This document shows, piece after piece, positions 20,155 to 30,495 of a stretch of 64,000 bases of DNA. Where the stretch lies: positions 288,001-352,000 of the forward strand of contig CAWHVC010000003.1 in assembly GCA_963832745.1 (NCBI GenBank), given 5' to 3'. The notes beneath the pieces are model-generated. The model did not search any database and had not been told where the DNA came from. It was given only the letters and a program-made list of their open reading frames with translations. Position 1 is the first letter of the stretch; every line of letters starts with the position of its first letter. This DNA comes from Candidatus Bathyarchaeota archaeon. Lineage in GTDB: Archaea > Thermoproteota > Bathyarchaeia > Bathyarchaeales > Bathycorpusculaceae. Position numbers and translations under genes: made by a program.

Positions 20155-21282
20155 TTGCAATTGAAAAAATTGCTCACGACAAGTTTAGTAATATTAACTA
20201 CAATCCTGTTGTTTTCAGTTATTCCAACCAATTTTGGCAACGCACAAGACCAAACTAAATACAAGATTTCAGGTTACGTTTTAAATTCAAACGGTCAAGG
20301 AATTGACCATGCAAACGTTCTACTCCCAGGAGAGTACACTTCATTTGACACTGTTTGGTCTAACGCTTCAGGCTACTACGAGCTTTCAGCTCCAGAAGGC
20401 ACATACATTTTAGGCGTTTGGCCACCATTTGACTCAAACTACATGAACTACGCCGAATCAGGCTTTGTAGTTAACTCAGACGTAAGCAAAAACATAACTC
20501 TGGAAACAGGCATCAAAGTTTCAGGTTACATAACAAGCGAATCAGGCACGCCTGTTTTAGGAGCCTCAGTTCACTTCAGCACCAACGGAGGCTACTACGG
20601 TTCAGGATACTTCACAAATCAAGCAGGTTACTATTTCATAAATGTTCCAGCAGGAACTTACACAATAACTGCTTACCCAAGAACTGGCAACTATACAACC
20701 CCCACAACCCAATTCACACCTTACACGGAAGAAAACTTTGCAGTCTCCGAAACAACAACCAAAAACATAACAGTACAAACAACCGAGCCCACACCAACAC
20801 CCACTCCCGCTTCTACACCCACCCCTACTGGTGGAATACAAATCTTCAAAATCGAATCAAACAGCACATGGACTAACCTGTACTTCAACAGCACAAGTGT
20901 AACCTTAACCTTCACTGTCAGCGGAGAAAACGGAACCACCGGCTACACCAAAGCATACATAGCAAAAACCTTAGTACCCGCCTTCACAGGAGCCACAGTA
21001 GCCTTAGATGGAAAAAGCACAAACTTCACCGTCACCGAAACAACAGACTACTGGGTTTTCGAATTCACATACCACCACAGCACACACCAAGTAGCAATAG
21101 ACTTAGCCAACGATGACAACCAAGAAGTTGACACAAACCCGTTACCAAACACAAGCCCAGCAGACACAAGCACAATCCCCGAATTCCCACTATTTGCAGT
21201 AGTCGGAACCATTGTTTTAGCAAGTGCCGCATTAGTCTTGGTAAGAAAGAAAAACAGCCAGCCATCAATGCGCCCCGTTTAA
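20155..21282 (+). CDS. Surface protein with two carboxypeptidase-regulatory-like repeats and a PEF-type C-terminal sorting signal
   Basis: Signal peptide; two ISGYV/VSGYI...GYY..P.GTY repeats; PT linker; IPEFP, TM helix, RKK. Confidence 0.85.
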   Translation: MQLKKLLTTSLVILTTILLFSVIPTNFGNAQDQTKYKISGYVLNSNGQGIDHANVLLPGEYTSFDTVWSNASGYYELSAPEGTYILGVWPPFDSNYMNYAESGFVVNSDVSKNITLETGIKVSGYITSESGTPVLGASVHFSTNGGYYGSGYFTNQAGYYFINVPAGTYTITAYPRTGNYTTPTTQFTPYTEENFAVSETTTKNITVQTTEPTPTPTPASTPTPTGGIQIFKIESNSTWTNLYFNSTSVTLTFTVSGENGTTGYTKAYIAKTLVPAFTGATVALDGKSTNFTVTETTDYWVFEFTYHHSTHQVAIDLANDDNQEVDTNPLPNTSPADTSTIPEFPLFAVVGTIVLASAALVLVRKKNSQPSMRPV

Positions 21283-21409
21283 CAACCAAGTTTTAAAAAC
21301 TTGCTAACCCAGATCTTTTTTAGTTTTTACTCAATTTTACCTGAATTAATTTTGGGAGATTGCAAATTCTTTTTAGTAGCCTCTGATACTCAATCACAGA
21401 GAACAGAAA

Positions 21410-21610
21410 ATGCCCAAAGTAAAGTATAACCCAGAAAAAGTCCAAAAACAAAAAAGAATAATCGGCGTAGTAGCAGTAATACTTCTGTTGATTGTTACAG
21501 TTTACGCAATAGTTACGGGGCTTGGCTTTATTGTTTGGGTTATCATTGACTTGATTATAGCAGGGGTAGCTAATTTGCTGCTGCGAAGAGTCGGAAAAGT
21601 ACCCCTATAG
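21410..21610 (+). CDS. Small membrane protein with two TM helices
   Basis: 66 aa ORF, basic N-terminus and two hydrophobic helices. Confidence 0.65.
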   Translation: MPKVKYNPEKVQKQKRIIGVVAVILLLIVTVYAIVTGLGFIVWVIIDLIIAGVANLLLRRVGKVPL

Positions 21611-21674
21611 CAAAGCTTTAGAGCGAACAATGTTAAATATCAATTCAACGCTAATGCTACAGTAGTGACCAGTT

Positions 21675-21998
21675 ATGAGCAGCCAGTTTGTTTGGGCCAT
21701 AAGAAGTGACGATTTAAAAGAAAACACCATAAAAACGGTTACAGTTGTTGGCAGAAACATTTTGCTAATTAAACGTGAAGGCAACGTTTATGCGGTTGCA
21801 AGCCGCTGCCCCCACATGGGATGCGACCTATCAAAAGGACAACTAAAAGACAACATCCTTATTTGCCCCTGCCACTTCTGGAGTTTTGACATCACAAACG
21901 GTGAATACCAAAGCAACAAAGCAATTAAACTGTTAACTTTTGACTGCAAAATAGAAAACGGAGACGTCTACGTTAGACCGTTTAAAGACTTCTACTAA
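21675..21998 (+). CDS. Rieske [2Fe-2S] ferredoxin
   Basis: CPHMG...CPCHFWSFD ligand motifs. Confidence 0.92.
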   Translation: MSSQFVWAIRSDDLKENTIKTVTVVGRNILLIKREGNVYAVASRCPHMGCDLSKGQLKDNILICPCHFWSFDITNGEYQSNKAIKLLTFDCKIENGDVYVRPFKDFY

Positions 21999-22024
21999 TA
22001 ATCATCCCTTCAGAGATAAACGGC

Positions 22025-23137
22025 GTGTTAAATCAAAAAGCTCCAGAAACAAGCCAAGAAAAACAGGAAATTCCAGCCTCAATTGGCAAAAGCTCAACTG
22101 CAGTCTCTGCTGACCTAATCCGCACAATAGCTGTACTACTAATTATTCTTCTTCACGCAGCCGCTTTTCCCCCACAATTACCCGCTGAAATTACGACTCA
22201 AGCAGCATTTGGCTGGTTTACTGCAGACATTTATGATGCTTTTGGACGCATAGGGGTTCCACTGTTTGTTATGTTGAGCGGTTTTTTTCTGCTTGATAAA
22301 TCTAAAGCCGACGAACCGTTGGGAGTGTTTTTTAAGAAACGGTTTAACCGTGTTGGATTGCCGTTTATTTTTTGGAGTGTCACTTACTTTTTTTGGAACG
22401 GCTATGTTCATGGAGCCTCGTTAACGTTTGATAGTGCCGTTGATGCAGCGTTTTCTGGGGCGTATGTTCATTTGTGGTTTTTGTATCTGCTTGTCGGATT
22501 ATATCTTGTTACGCCCCTGCTCAGAGTGTTTGTTAAGTATCTGGATTGGAAACGTTTCAAGTACCTTGTGGCTTTATGGTTTTTAGGCACAGTTACTGTT
22601 CCGTTAATCATCACTTTTGCTGGATTAGACTTTAATCCGGTAATTTTTGTTTTCACTGGCTGGATGGGCTACTACCTTTTGGGTGTTTTCCTGCAGAAAA
22701 TCAAGATTCGAAAATCTATTCTTTTGCTTGCCGCAGCGTTAGGGTTAACTGGCGCAGTTTTAGGTGCATATGTTTCGACAGCTTTAATCGGTGAGAGAGT
22801 TACCACTTTTTTCCATGAATCATTAAGCTTCAATTTGATTATAGCTTCAGTGGCAGTGTATTTACTACTGAACACCCTTGCCTCAAACAGAATCCTGAGT
22901 TACAACAAAGTAAACACCTTACTGCATTGGGTTGGTCAGAACACGTTACCGATTTACTTGATGCATTACATGATTTTGGAAAGCTTGATGTTTGGTTTTT
23001 TCGGGTTCACCCTAAACGCTTCTGTGCTTAACCCAATAATAGAAATTCCTCTACTCACAGTGGTCACGTTTAGTTTGACTGTTTTGATTGTTTACCCGTT
23101 AAAGAAAATACCTATCGTGAAAAGAATAATCGGGTAA
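22025..23137 (+). CDS. Acyltransferase family 3 (WecH/YiaH-like) membrane O-acyltransferase
   Basis: DLIRTIA..IILLH, VPLFVMLSG, KKRFNR..LPF, HLWFLY, IYLMH. Confidence 0.9.
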   Translation: MLNQKAPETSQEKQEIPASIGKSSTAVSADLIRTIAVLLIILLHAAAFPPQLPAEITTQAAFGWFTADIYDAFGRIGVPLFVMLSGFFLLDKSKADEPLGVFFKKRFNRVGLPFIFWSVTYFFWNGYVHGASLTFDSAVDAAFSGAYVHLWFLYLLVGLYLVTPLLRVFVKYLDWKRFKYLVALWFLGTVTVPLIITFAGLDFNPVIFVFTGWMGYYLLGVFLQKIKIRKSILLLAAALGLTGAVLGAYVSTALIGERVTTFFHESLSFNLIIASVAVYLLLNTLASNRILSYNKVNTLLHWVGQNTLPIYLMHYMILESLMFGFFGFTLNASVLNPIIEIPLLTVVTFSLTVLIVYPLKKIPIVKRIIG

Positions 23138-23192
23138 AGATTTGCAAGCCTTTGATGCTTGGATTATTCAGCTACATTAAATAAGAGCGTTA

Positions 23193-23672
23193 ATGCTTTT
23201 TGGTCAAAACGACAATATCATATTTGAGGGGAACCCAGGTTTGGACGAAGTCTTAGAAATGTTAGACAGAACCACTAAAAGATTACAAAATCTACTTGAA
23301 GAAACAAAATCAACCGCAAACAAGCAGGCAACAGCTTACGCTCAGATTTTGCAGTCACCAACAGCTACACAAGACCAGAAAATCAAAATTTTCATAGCTA
23401 GAAATCTGGAGCTTGACCGAATTGACCGAGTATCCTCTCAGTTAAGTTTGCTTTATGCGCTTCAGATTTTCGCTTTCAAAGTTAAAGTGCTTGAAGTCTC
23501 CGTTGGCAACATTAACGAGCAGTTAACCAAGTCAGGCATGATGCAGAAAAGCGGCGAATTGGATGATATTAAAAAGAATATTGATGCTCTCAAAATTCTA
23601 GTTGAAGCTCAGTATGAAGCAATGAAGCAAGTACGAGAAGACCAGAATAAAACGTTAAATTATATTCATTAA
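23193..23672 (+). CDS. Hypothetical coiled-coil protein
   Basis: 159 aa helical ORF; true start may be the TTG of LDEV after GAGGGG. Confidence 0.7.
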   Translation: MLFGQNDNIIFEGNPGLDEVLEMLDRTTKRLQNLLEETKSTANKQATAYAQILQSPTATQDQKIKIFIARNLELDRIDRVSSQLSLLYALQIFAFKVKVLEVSVGNINEQLTKSGMMQKSGELDDIKKNIDALKILVEAQYEAMKQVREDQNKTLNYIH

Positions 23673-23826
23673 CGTCAATTTTTGGGCAACAAGTTTGCCT
23701 ATAACGTTTTTTCTTACATAAATAGCTAAAAAGCATCTTTGGGCTAACCGATAATTTCAGCGATTAACTGCGCAAGCCTTTTTAAGCAAAATCTCCCCTA
23801 ATCGCAAGTTCAGAATTATAAAAATA

Positions 23827-26481
23827 GTGTTTCGTGGTGCTGCCCAAAATATGAGTCAATGGCATTCCAAACAAACACAAGAACTCATTGACGAGTCAGA
23901 AGTGAATCCAAATAAGGGTTTAACTGATGAAGAGGTAGCAAAAAGGCTAAATCAGTACGGCAAAAACAGTTTAGTCGAGGAGCATCAGATTCGGTTTTTG
24001 GAGATTTTCAAGGAAGAAGTCACTGAACCGATGATTCTGCTGCTTTTAGCCATCGGTGTGCTTTACAGCGTTTTAGGTTTTGTTACAGGCTCAGGCTTCA
24101 CTGACGCCATAACAATCATAGTCATTATCGTTTTGCTTGTTTTAGCTGAAGTCTATAACGAGTACAGAGCCAAACGGTCCATTTCAGCGTTAAGACAACT
24201 GGCGCCGCCAACTGCACAGGTATTAAGAAACAGCCAAACCACTATAGTGCAAACCGCTGATTTGGTTCCCGGCGATGTTTTGCTCTTAAAAGTTGGGCAG
24301 CGTGTTCCAGCAGATGCCAGACTTTTGGAAGCTTACGGTTTAGAAGTTGACGAGTCATCCTTAACTGGTGAATCATTCCCTGTCTCCAAAGACGCCGCAG
24401 TTGTTTTACCAAAGGAGGCACGCATCACTGACCAAACCAACATGTTGTTTACAGGCACGGTTATTACTCGTGGACGCGCTAAAGCGCTCATCACTACAAC
24501 AGGCGTAAAAACGGAACTGGGCAGAGTTGCAGGTATAACTAAAGCTGGAAAAGAACCTAAAACAGCGCTTCAACTCGCAATGAAACAGTTGTCTAAAACG
24601 CTTGTGTGGGTTGCGTTATTCTTTAGCATACTAATCCCCCTGCTTAGTTACCTCCGTGGGTTGCAGCCTAACCCAGCAGAAGCAGTCCTTTATGGGTTAT
24701 CATTAGCGTTTGTGGTTATTCCAGAAGAACTTCCAATTATAATTACTATGGTTTTAGGCGTCGGCAGCTATGCGCTTTCACGTAAAGGCGCCATAGTAAA
24801 ACGTTTACGTGCCGCGGAAACCTTAGGAAACGTAACAGTGATTGCTACTGATAAAACAGGCACTATAACAGAAAACAAGATGCGAATCGAACATCTTTAC
24901 TTTGACGGAAAAATCAGCGGCACAGGCGCATTTCATGAAAACGAGAAAGCTGCCCTTCGAACAGCCCTTCTCGCAAGCGATGGCATTAAATCAGACAGCA
25001 CCAGCCTAGGCAACCCGATGGCTCAAGCGGTTCTTGAACGCTTAAAACAGGACGGAGTTAATGCCGCAACTGTTGCAAAAGGCTGGATTCTTAGGGACGA
25101 ATACAGTTTCGACGTTAAACGTAAACTTGCCTCATACATTTACCAGTACGGCAACTCCAACATTGCCTTATCAAGCGGTGCCCCAGAGAACCTACTGGCA
25201 AACGCCTCTAAAATCTTGCTCAGAGGCGAAGAAGCCCCATTAACCGAGACTTTACGGACAGAAGCTACACAAGCCATGACACGGATGGCGCATGCTGGTG
25301 AAAGGCTTTTAGCGTTTGGTTACCGCCGAATCCACCTGGACCAAACAAGCGATATTATAACAGATGTTGAACGAGACATCGTTTTTGTAGGCATCATCGG
25401 CTTTATTGACCCTCCACGCAAAGAAGTTCAAGGCGCAATCCGCACTTGCCAACAAGCAGGCATAAAAGTAGTCATGATTACAGGTGACCACCCAGAAACT
25501 GCAAAGGCAATCGCTGGCCAAGTTGGCATAAACAGCAGCAACATACTCACAGGCGTTCAAATCGCTCAGATGTCTGATGAAAGCTTAAAGGAAGCATTAA
25601 AACGCACGTACGTGTTTGCACGGGTTACGCCTGAAGATAAGTTGCGGTTGGTTAAGCTGCTGCGCGAAAACGGGGAAATCGTTGCAGTTACAGGCGACGG
25701 CATCAATGATGCACCAGCCCTTAAGGAAGCACACATTGGCATTGCAATGGGCATAAGGGGCACTGATGTCGCTAAAGAAGCTGCAAGTATGATACTGACC
25801 GATGATAATTTTGCAACAATCGAAACTGCCGTCAGTCAAGGCCGCAAACTCTACAGCAATCTCCGCAAAGGCGTACGTTACTACTTAGCATGCAAAGTCG
25901 CTTTGGTATCAATCTTTCTTGTTCCAGTCATGTTAGGCATCCCACTGCCTTTTGCGCCTATACAAATTATTGTGCTTGAACTATTCATGGACCTTGCCGC
26001 ATCCGCCACCTTCGTCGCAGAACCAGCTGAAAAAGGTTCAATGAGAAAGCCGCCAACAGAAAAAGAAGAGAAATTCATGAACCAATCCATGCTGCAAGGC
26101 TTATTTGCAGGCGCGGTTAGCCTGTTTGCAGCAGTCACAGCCACTTACCTATTCACATGGTTTACAACCCAGAACATGCCTTATGCCCAGACGGTTGCGT
26201 TTGCAACATGGATGTTTGGACACATCTTTTTGGCTTTCAACTTCCGTTCAGAACAGACGCCGTTGATTAAGCAGGGTGTGTTGTCAAACAAGGTGATGCT
26301 GCTTTGGGCCCTGCTGGCGATTGTTGTACTGCTTGTGGGCACAAACCTTGCGTTCGTTCAGACGGCACTGCAGATTACAAGCTTAAGCTTAACTGATTGG
26401 GTGCTTGTTGTTTTGGTTTCCTTTGTTTCTACCTTCTGGATGGAAATTAGAAAAATCTTGCAAAGAAGCAACAACTTTTAA
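23827..26481 (+). CDS. Cation-transporting P-type ATPase (P2 type)
   Basis: TGES, PEELP, DKTGT phosphorylation site, DPPR, TGD, GDGIND. Confidence 0.95.
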   Translation: MFRGAAQNMSQWHSKQTQELIDESEVNPNKGLTDEEVAKRLNQYGKNSLVEEHQIRFLEIFKEEVTEPMILLLLAIGVLYSVLGFVTGSGFTDAITIIVIIVLLVLAEVYNEYRAKRSISALRQLAPPTAQVLRNSQTTIVQTADLVPGDVLLLKVGQRVPADARLLEAYGLEVDESSLTGESFPVSKDAAVVLPKEARITDQTNMLFTGTVITRGRAKALITTTGVKTELGRVAGITKAGKEPKTALQLAMKQLSKTLVWVALFFSILIPLLSYLRGLQPNPAEAVLYGLSLAFVVIPEELPIIITMVLGVGSYALSRKGAIVKRLRAAETLGNVTVIATDKTGTITENKMRIEHLYFDGKISGTGAFHENEKAALRTALLASDGIKSDSTSLGNPMAQAVLERLKQDGVNAATVAKGWILRDEYSFDVKRKLASYIYQYGNSNIALSSGAPENLLANASKILLRGEEAPLTETLRTEATQAMTRMAHAGERLLAFGYRRIHLDQTSDIITDVERDIVFVGIIGFIDPPRKEVQGAIRTCQQAGIKVVMITGDHPETAKAIAGQVGINSSNILTGVQIAQMSDESLKEALKRTYVFARVTPEDKLRLVKLLRENGEIVAVTGDGINDAPALKEAHIGIAMGIRGTDVAKEAASMILTDDNFATIETAVSQGRKLYSNLRKGVRYYLACKVALVSIFLVPVMLGIPLPFAPIQIIVLELFMDLAASATFVAEPAEKGSMRKPPTEKEEKFMNQSMLQGLFAGAVSLFAAVTATYLFTWFTTQNMPYAQTVAFATWMFGHIFLAFNFRSEQTPLIKQGVLSNKVMLLWALLAIVVLLVGTNLAFVQTALQITSLSLTDWVLVVLVSFVSTFWMEIRKILQRSNNF

Positions 26482-26497
26482 ACCATTAAAGCCCTAC

Positions 26498-26935
26498 ATG
26501 AAAAGCAACACGGAGACAGAAACAGTGCCAATTAAGTATTTTGATGCTCCAGAAATCAAAAAGCAAGTGGACCAGCTTGCAGCAGAATGCGAATTTTACC
26601 ATGTTGTACCCCAATTCGTATTCTGTGTAAGAAGCAGAGGCTCTAAAGCAAGGCGCACGATTGCGCGCATTCATGGATTGGGAAAAATTTGGCAAGGCGT
26701 CCTAAACCAGCCTCCAACGTACACTATTGAGGTTATCTCTGAAATCTTTGATAAAATGTCTCCGGAAGATAAGGAGCGAGTTTTGATTCATGAGTTGATG
26801 CATATTCCAGGTGGTTTCAGCGGCGGTTTCCGACCCCACAAAGGCTATGTGGAACGCAAAAACGTGGAGGCAGTATATAAGAAACTGCAGCAGTCGAGGA
26901 ACACAAAAAAACAAAAAAACCTGTTTGCCCCGTAA
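26498..26935 (+). CDS. Putative HExxH metallopeptidase
   Basis: RSRGSKARRTIARIHG, YTIEVISE, LIHELMHIP. Confidence 0.8.
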   Translation: MKSNTETETVPIKYFDAPEIKKQVDQLAAECEFYHVVPQFVFCVRSRGSKARRTIARIHGLGKIWQGVLNQPPTYTIEVISEIFDKMSPEDKERVLIHELMHIPGGFSGGFRPHKGYVERKNVEAVYKKLQQSRNTKKQKNLFAP

Positions 26936-27088
26936 ACTTTGCCGTTTTTTACAGTAGATTTTTAAACTACGTAATAAATGGGTATAGAAAGTTGTAGATT
27001 CAACAGCGAAAAATAAAAAAACCAAGAACAGGCACTTAATGGCAAGGTTTACTGAAATGCCTGCCTGCCAAGAGTTGAGGTATAAATT

Positions 27089-28777
27089 ATGAAGCACGTT
27101 ATGAAAAGTTTAAGGCATAACGGAATATACGTTCCCCCTTACGACCTTAAAGGGTTTAATATCAAAATTCAAGGTCAAACAGTCACGCTTACAAGTAAGT
27201 CTGAACCTATGGCAGTTGCTTGGGTTAGAAGAACCTTATCAACTACAATACCACCACCAGACGCAGTTTACACTAAAAACTTCATGAAGGAATTTCTTGA
27301 ACAGTTAAAGAAAGAAAACCCTCAAGCAAGTTACTTAGACAGCTTTACACCGAAATATCTTGAAAGCATCGAAAATCCGCCAGCAACCCAAAACAACGGT
27401 GGTGGACAATTACAAGAAATCGATTTTAGCCAAATTAAAAGCTTCATTCTTGAAGAGAAAGCAAAGAAAGAAGCCTTAACCAAAGAAGAAAAGAAAGCGC
27501 AAGCTGAAGAACGAAAAGTTAAACGCCTTGAAATGAAAGAAAAATTCGGCTTCGCCGAAGTTGACGGCCAACGTCTAGAAGTAGCTAACTGGACCTCTGA
27601 GCCTTCATGCCTTTTCGCGGGGCGTGGTGACCATCCGCAACGTGGCAAATGGAAGGAAGGACCAAACCAAGAAGATATAACACTTAACCTTCAAAAGGAC
27701 AAAGAAGGAAACCTATTAGTTCCACGTCCAGAAGGAAACTGGAAAGACATTGTTTGGGAACCTAACAAGATGTACGTTGCCAAATGGGTAGATAAACTCA
27801 CAGGCAAAGTCAAATACGTCTGGTTCAGTGACACCGCTTTTCTGAAACAGAATCGTGAAAAAGAAAAGTTCCAGAAAGCTGAAAACCTTGGAAAACAAAT
27901 AGGCCAAGTTGAAAAACACATATCCAAAAATCTTGAAGCTAAAGATTTAGAACGCCGAAAAGTAGCAACGGTTGCCTGGCTGATTTTTGCCGTCAACATG
28001 AGGGTTGGCGACGAAAAAGATCCAGATGAAGCAGACACTGTAGGCGCCATTACGCTTCGCGATGAACACGTAAACATTGAGGGCGACAAAATAACTTTTG
28101 ACTTCTTAGGCAAAGACAGCGTCAGATGGGTAAAAACAATTCAGGTACCACCTCAAGTAATTAAAAACCTTCAAGAATTCAAGAGAGATAAAACCAAACA
28201 GTACCTCTTTGAAGGCATCGACAGCAAAAAGGTTTCAAGATTCCTATCTGAAAAAGTACCTAAACTTACAGCCAAAGTGTTCCGTACCTGGAAATGCACC
28301 AAAACCCTAAAAGAAGAACTGGATAAAAGCGGCGTAACCAAAGCAGACCCAGTCTACAAAAAGAATTTTGCTGCAAAAATGGCTAACCTTAAAGTTGCAG
28401 AAGTGGCAAATCACAAACGTAAGATTCCACCCACCTTTGATGACCGTCTAAAGAAGAAGGAAGAAAATCTCAAGACGATGAAGGCAATGCTTAAGGCAAA
28501 GAAGGCAGAAGGCAAAAAAACCGAGTCCCTAGAGGCACGCATTGAAAAGGCTAAACTGGACCTTGAATTAACAAGACTCACCCGAGAATACAATTTGGGC
28601 ACTTCTTTAAAGTCGTATATTGACCCTCAAGCGTACGTGAAATGGGCAAAGAAAGTAAAGTTTGACATAATCAAATTTTACCCGACAACTCTTCGCAACA
28701 AGTTCAGTTGGGCACTAATGGGCAAAACCAAACCAGTCGTACCTGACGACGAAGTAACTGAGTGCACGCCTGCATGA
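27089..28777 (+). CDS. DNA topoisomerase IB (eukaryote-like type)
   Basis: Catalytic pentad MRVGDEK, GKDS, KVFRT, NH, SLKSYIDP; also FAGRGDHP and LRHNG. Confidence 0.95.
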   Translation: MKHVMKSLRHNGIYVPPYDLKGFNIKIQGQTVTLTSKSEPMAVAWVRRTLSTTIPPPDAVYTKNFMKEFLEQLKKENPQASYLDSFTPKYLESIENPPATQNNGGGQLQEIDFSQIKSFILEEKAKKEALTKEEKKAQAEERKVKRLEMKEKFGFAEVDGQRLEVANWTSEPSCLFAGRGDHPQRGKWKEGPNQEDITLNLQKDKEGNLLVPRPEGNWKDIVWEPNKMYVAKWVDKLTGKVKYVWFSDTAFLKQNREKEKFQKAENLGKQIGQVEKHISKNLEAKDLERRKVATVAWLIFAVNMRVGDEKDPDEADTVGAITLRDEHVNIEGDKITFDFLGKDSVRWVKTIQVPPQVIKNLQEFKRDKTKQYLFEGIDSKKVSRFLSEKVPKLTAKVFRTWKCTKTLKEELDKSGVTKADPVYKKNFAAKMANLKVAEVANHKRKIPPTFDDRLKKKEENLKTMKAMLKAKKAEGKKTESLEARIEKAKLDLELTRLTREYNLGTSLKSYIDPQAYVKWAKKVKFDIIKFYPTTLRNKFSWALMGKTKPVVPDDEVTECTPA

Positions 28778-29049
28778 GCATCAAAGAAACAGCCGACGGC
28801 GTCATCCTCACCATTTTTGTTAAACCTAACAGCCCAAAATTTTATGTTCAGCTTGACGGCAACGAAATCGTTATCCACGCTACCGAAGAGCCAGAAAAGG
28901 GAAAAGTGAACAAGGAAATATTGAAAGAATTAACTAGACTTTTTCATGCTAGAGTTGAATTGGTTTCGGGGGCTACATCACGTCAGAAGCAGTTAGCAGT
29001 TTTGGGCGTTAAAAAAGCAGATTTGGAAGAGCGCCTAAAAAATTTTTAA
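28774..29049 (+). CDS. DUF167/YggU family protein
   Basis: VKPNS, PEKGKVN, SGATSRQK. Confidence 0.88.
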   Translation: MSIKETADGVILTIFVKPNSPKFYVQLDGNEIVIHATEEPEKGKVNKEILKELTRLFHARVELVSGATSRQKQLAVLGVKKADLEERLKNF

Positions 29050-29149
29050 AACCAATTTTTGCACTTGATTAATAAAAGAGATTTTCCCCTGCTAAGTAGC
29101 AACCACAAAAAGGACGTTTAAATTAAGAATGGAAGTTTTGAAATAGAGG

Positions 29150-30415
29150 TTACTGCATTTTGAATCTCAGTATCGCTGCTAAACCGCCAAAAGCGTTCTT
29201 GAGCATTTGACCTTCCTCAGTTTCTGTTGAGATTACTTCAACGTCCGTGTTTGTATTTTCCGCAAGCACCGCCAAGTCGTCTATAATGTCAATTTTCTCA
29301 ACTATCGTCAACGATGGGGCGGAACATTTGGGACATGGCTTCCCAGATAGGCTTTGCTCAAACGTTTGCAGGTTCGGAGTTTTGACGGTTTCTTGTTCTT
29401 GATAGTTGCATGCGCCGCATTTGAAGGTTACACGTTGCATGTCAAGTGCTTCTGAAATCAAAAGTGTCCTAACCATACCGGATTCAAGGGCTTTTCGCAC
29501 TTCGGCTTCACCGTAAGTAATTAAGCCTGTGTCATGACCGACTTCATAGAGGAATTTCTGCATGATTTGTTTTTCCTCGATATAACGGACTTTCTTCACG
29601 ATTTCAGGAGCTTTATCTACAACTTCTTTTACTCCCTGCTCTTCCACGTATGCAGTGTCAAGTACGTCTAAAATTTTGTTTTTTAATTGATAATTGAGGT
29701 AATCGCCTTTTTGAAAGTCATACTTAGTTGGCCCTGGACCCCCAAGAATTATTCCCTTCAAATTATCTATAGGCAAAAAGATTTCGTCTGCATGTTTACC
29801 TACACGGGTAAAGTATTCGTTAAGATGCATTTCCCTCAGGCGTTCATAACGTCTTGCTGACTGGCCACCAGCACGAGTTTTACCTTCTACACCTGAATGC
29901 ATTTCCCGCACTATGTTTAGGTGTTTACCGGTTAAGGTTGCTATTGTAGCGTTTGAAGCGTCAACAAGCAATATTCCGTAGGTTTCTTTTTCCCTAAGCA
30001 TTTCTTGCAGGTGCTCGGTATGGAAACGTGAGTCGCAGCGGTAAAGAAAAATGCGGATTGGTTCAGGTGGAGCAATTACCCAAGATTCCATGCGTTCGGT
30101 TCCGGGGCCACCGCCTTCTTGTGGAAGTGCACCACAGAAAATTACCAGACCTTTCTCGCCGGGGTCTTTGAATAGTTTAAGTTTTTGTTGAGCTTTTACG
30201 ATGGCATCTAGAACGTTTTTGCGTGTAACGTTTGATTTAATGTTTGTTGCTGTACCGTATTCTTCACGTAGAAGGTTAAGGGCGTCGCTGATTTGTTTGC
30301 CAGGAGGAACATAAATTGTAATCAACTCTGTGTGGCTGCCCTCTTTCTTGGCTAGCGTGTTGATTGCTTTTCTGGTTCGATATAGCTCTAAGCTATCTTT
30401 TTTTGCTGTGCTCAC
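29150..30415 (-). CDS. prf1: Peptide chain release factor aRF1
   Basis: NIKS, YRCDSRF, GGQS; zinc-ribbon insert CGAC...CPKC. Confidence 0.97.
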   Translation of the reverse strand: MSTAKKDSLELYRTRKAINTLAKKEGSHTELITIYVPPGKQISDALNLLREEYGTATNIKSNVTRKNVLDAIVKAQQKLKLFKDPGEKGLVIFCGALPQEGGGPGTERMESWVIAPPEPIRIFLYRCDSRFHTEHLQEMLREKETYGILLVDASNATIATLTGKHLNIVREMHSGVEGKTRAGGQSARRYERLREMHLNEYFTRVGKHADEIFLPIDNLKGIILGGPGPTKYDFQKGDYLNYQLKNKILDVLDTAYVEEQGVKEVVDKAPEIVKKVRYIEEKQIMQKFLYEVGHDTGLITYGEAEVRKALESGMVRTLLISEALDMQRVTFKCGACNYQEQETVKTPNLQTFEQSLSGKPCPKCSAPSLTIVEKIDIIDDLAVLAENTNTDVEVISTETEEGQMLKNAFGGLAAILRFKMQ

Positions 30416-30495
30416 AATAATTCACGTAAGTTGAGATTAGACTCTTTTAGTTAGGGTATAAGAACAAAATAAAAGTTCCTACAGAAGAAAGGAAA

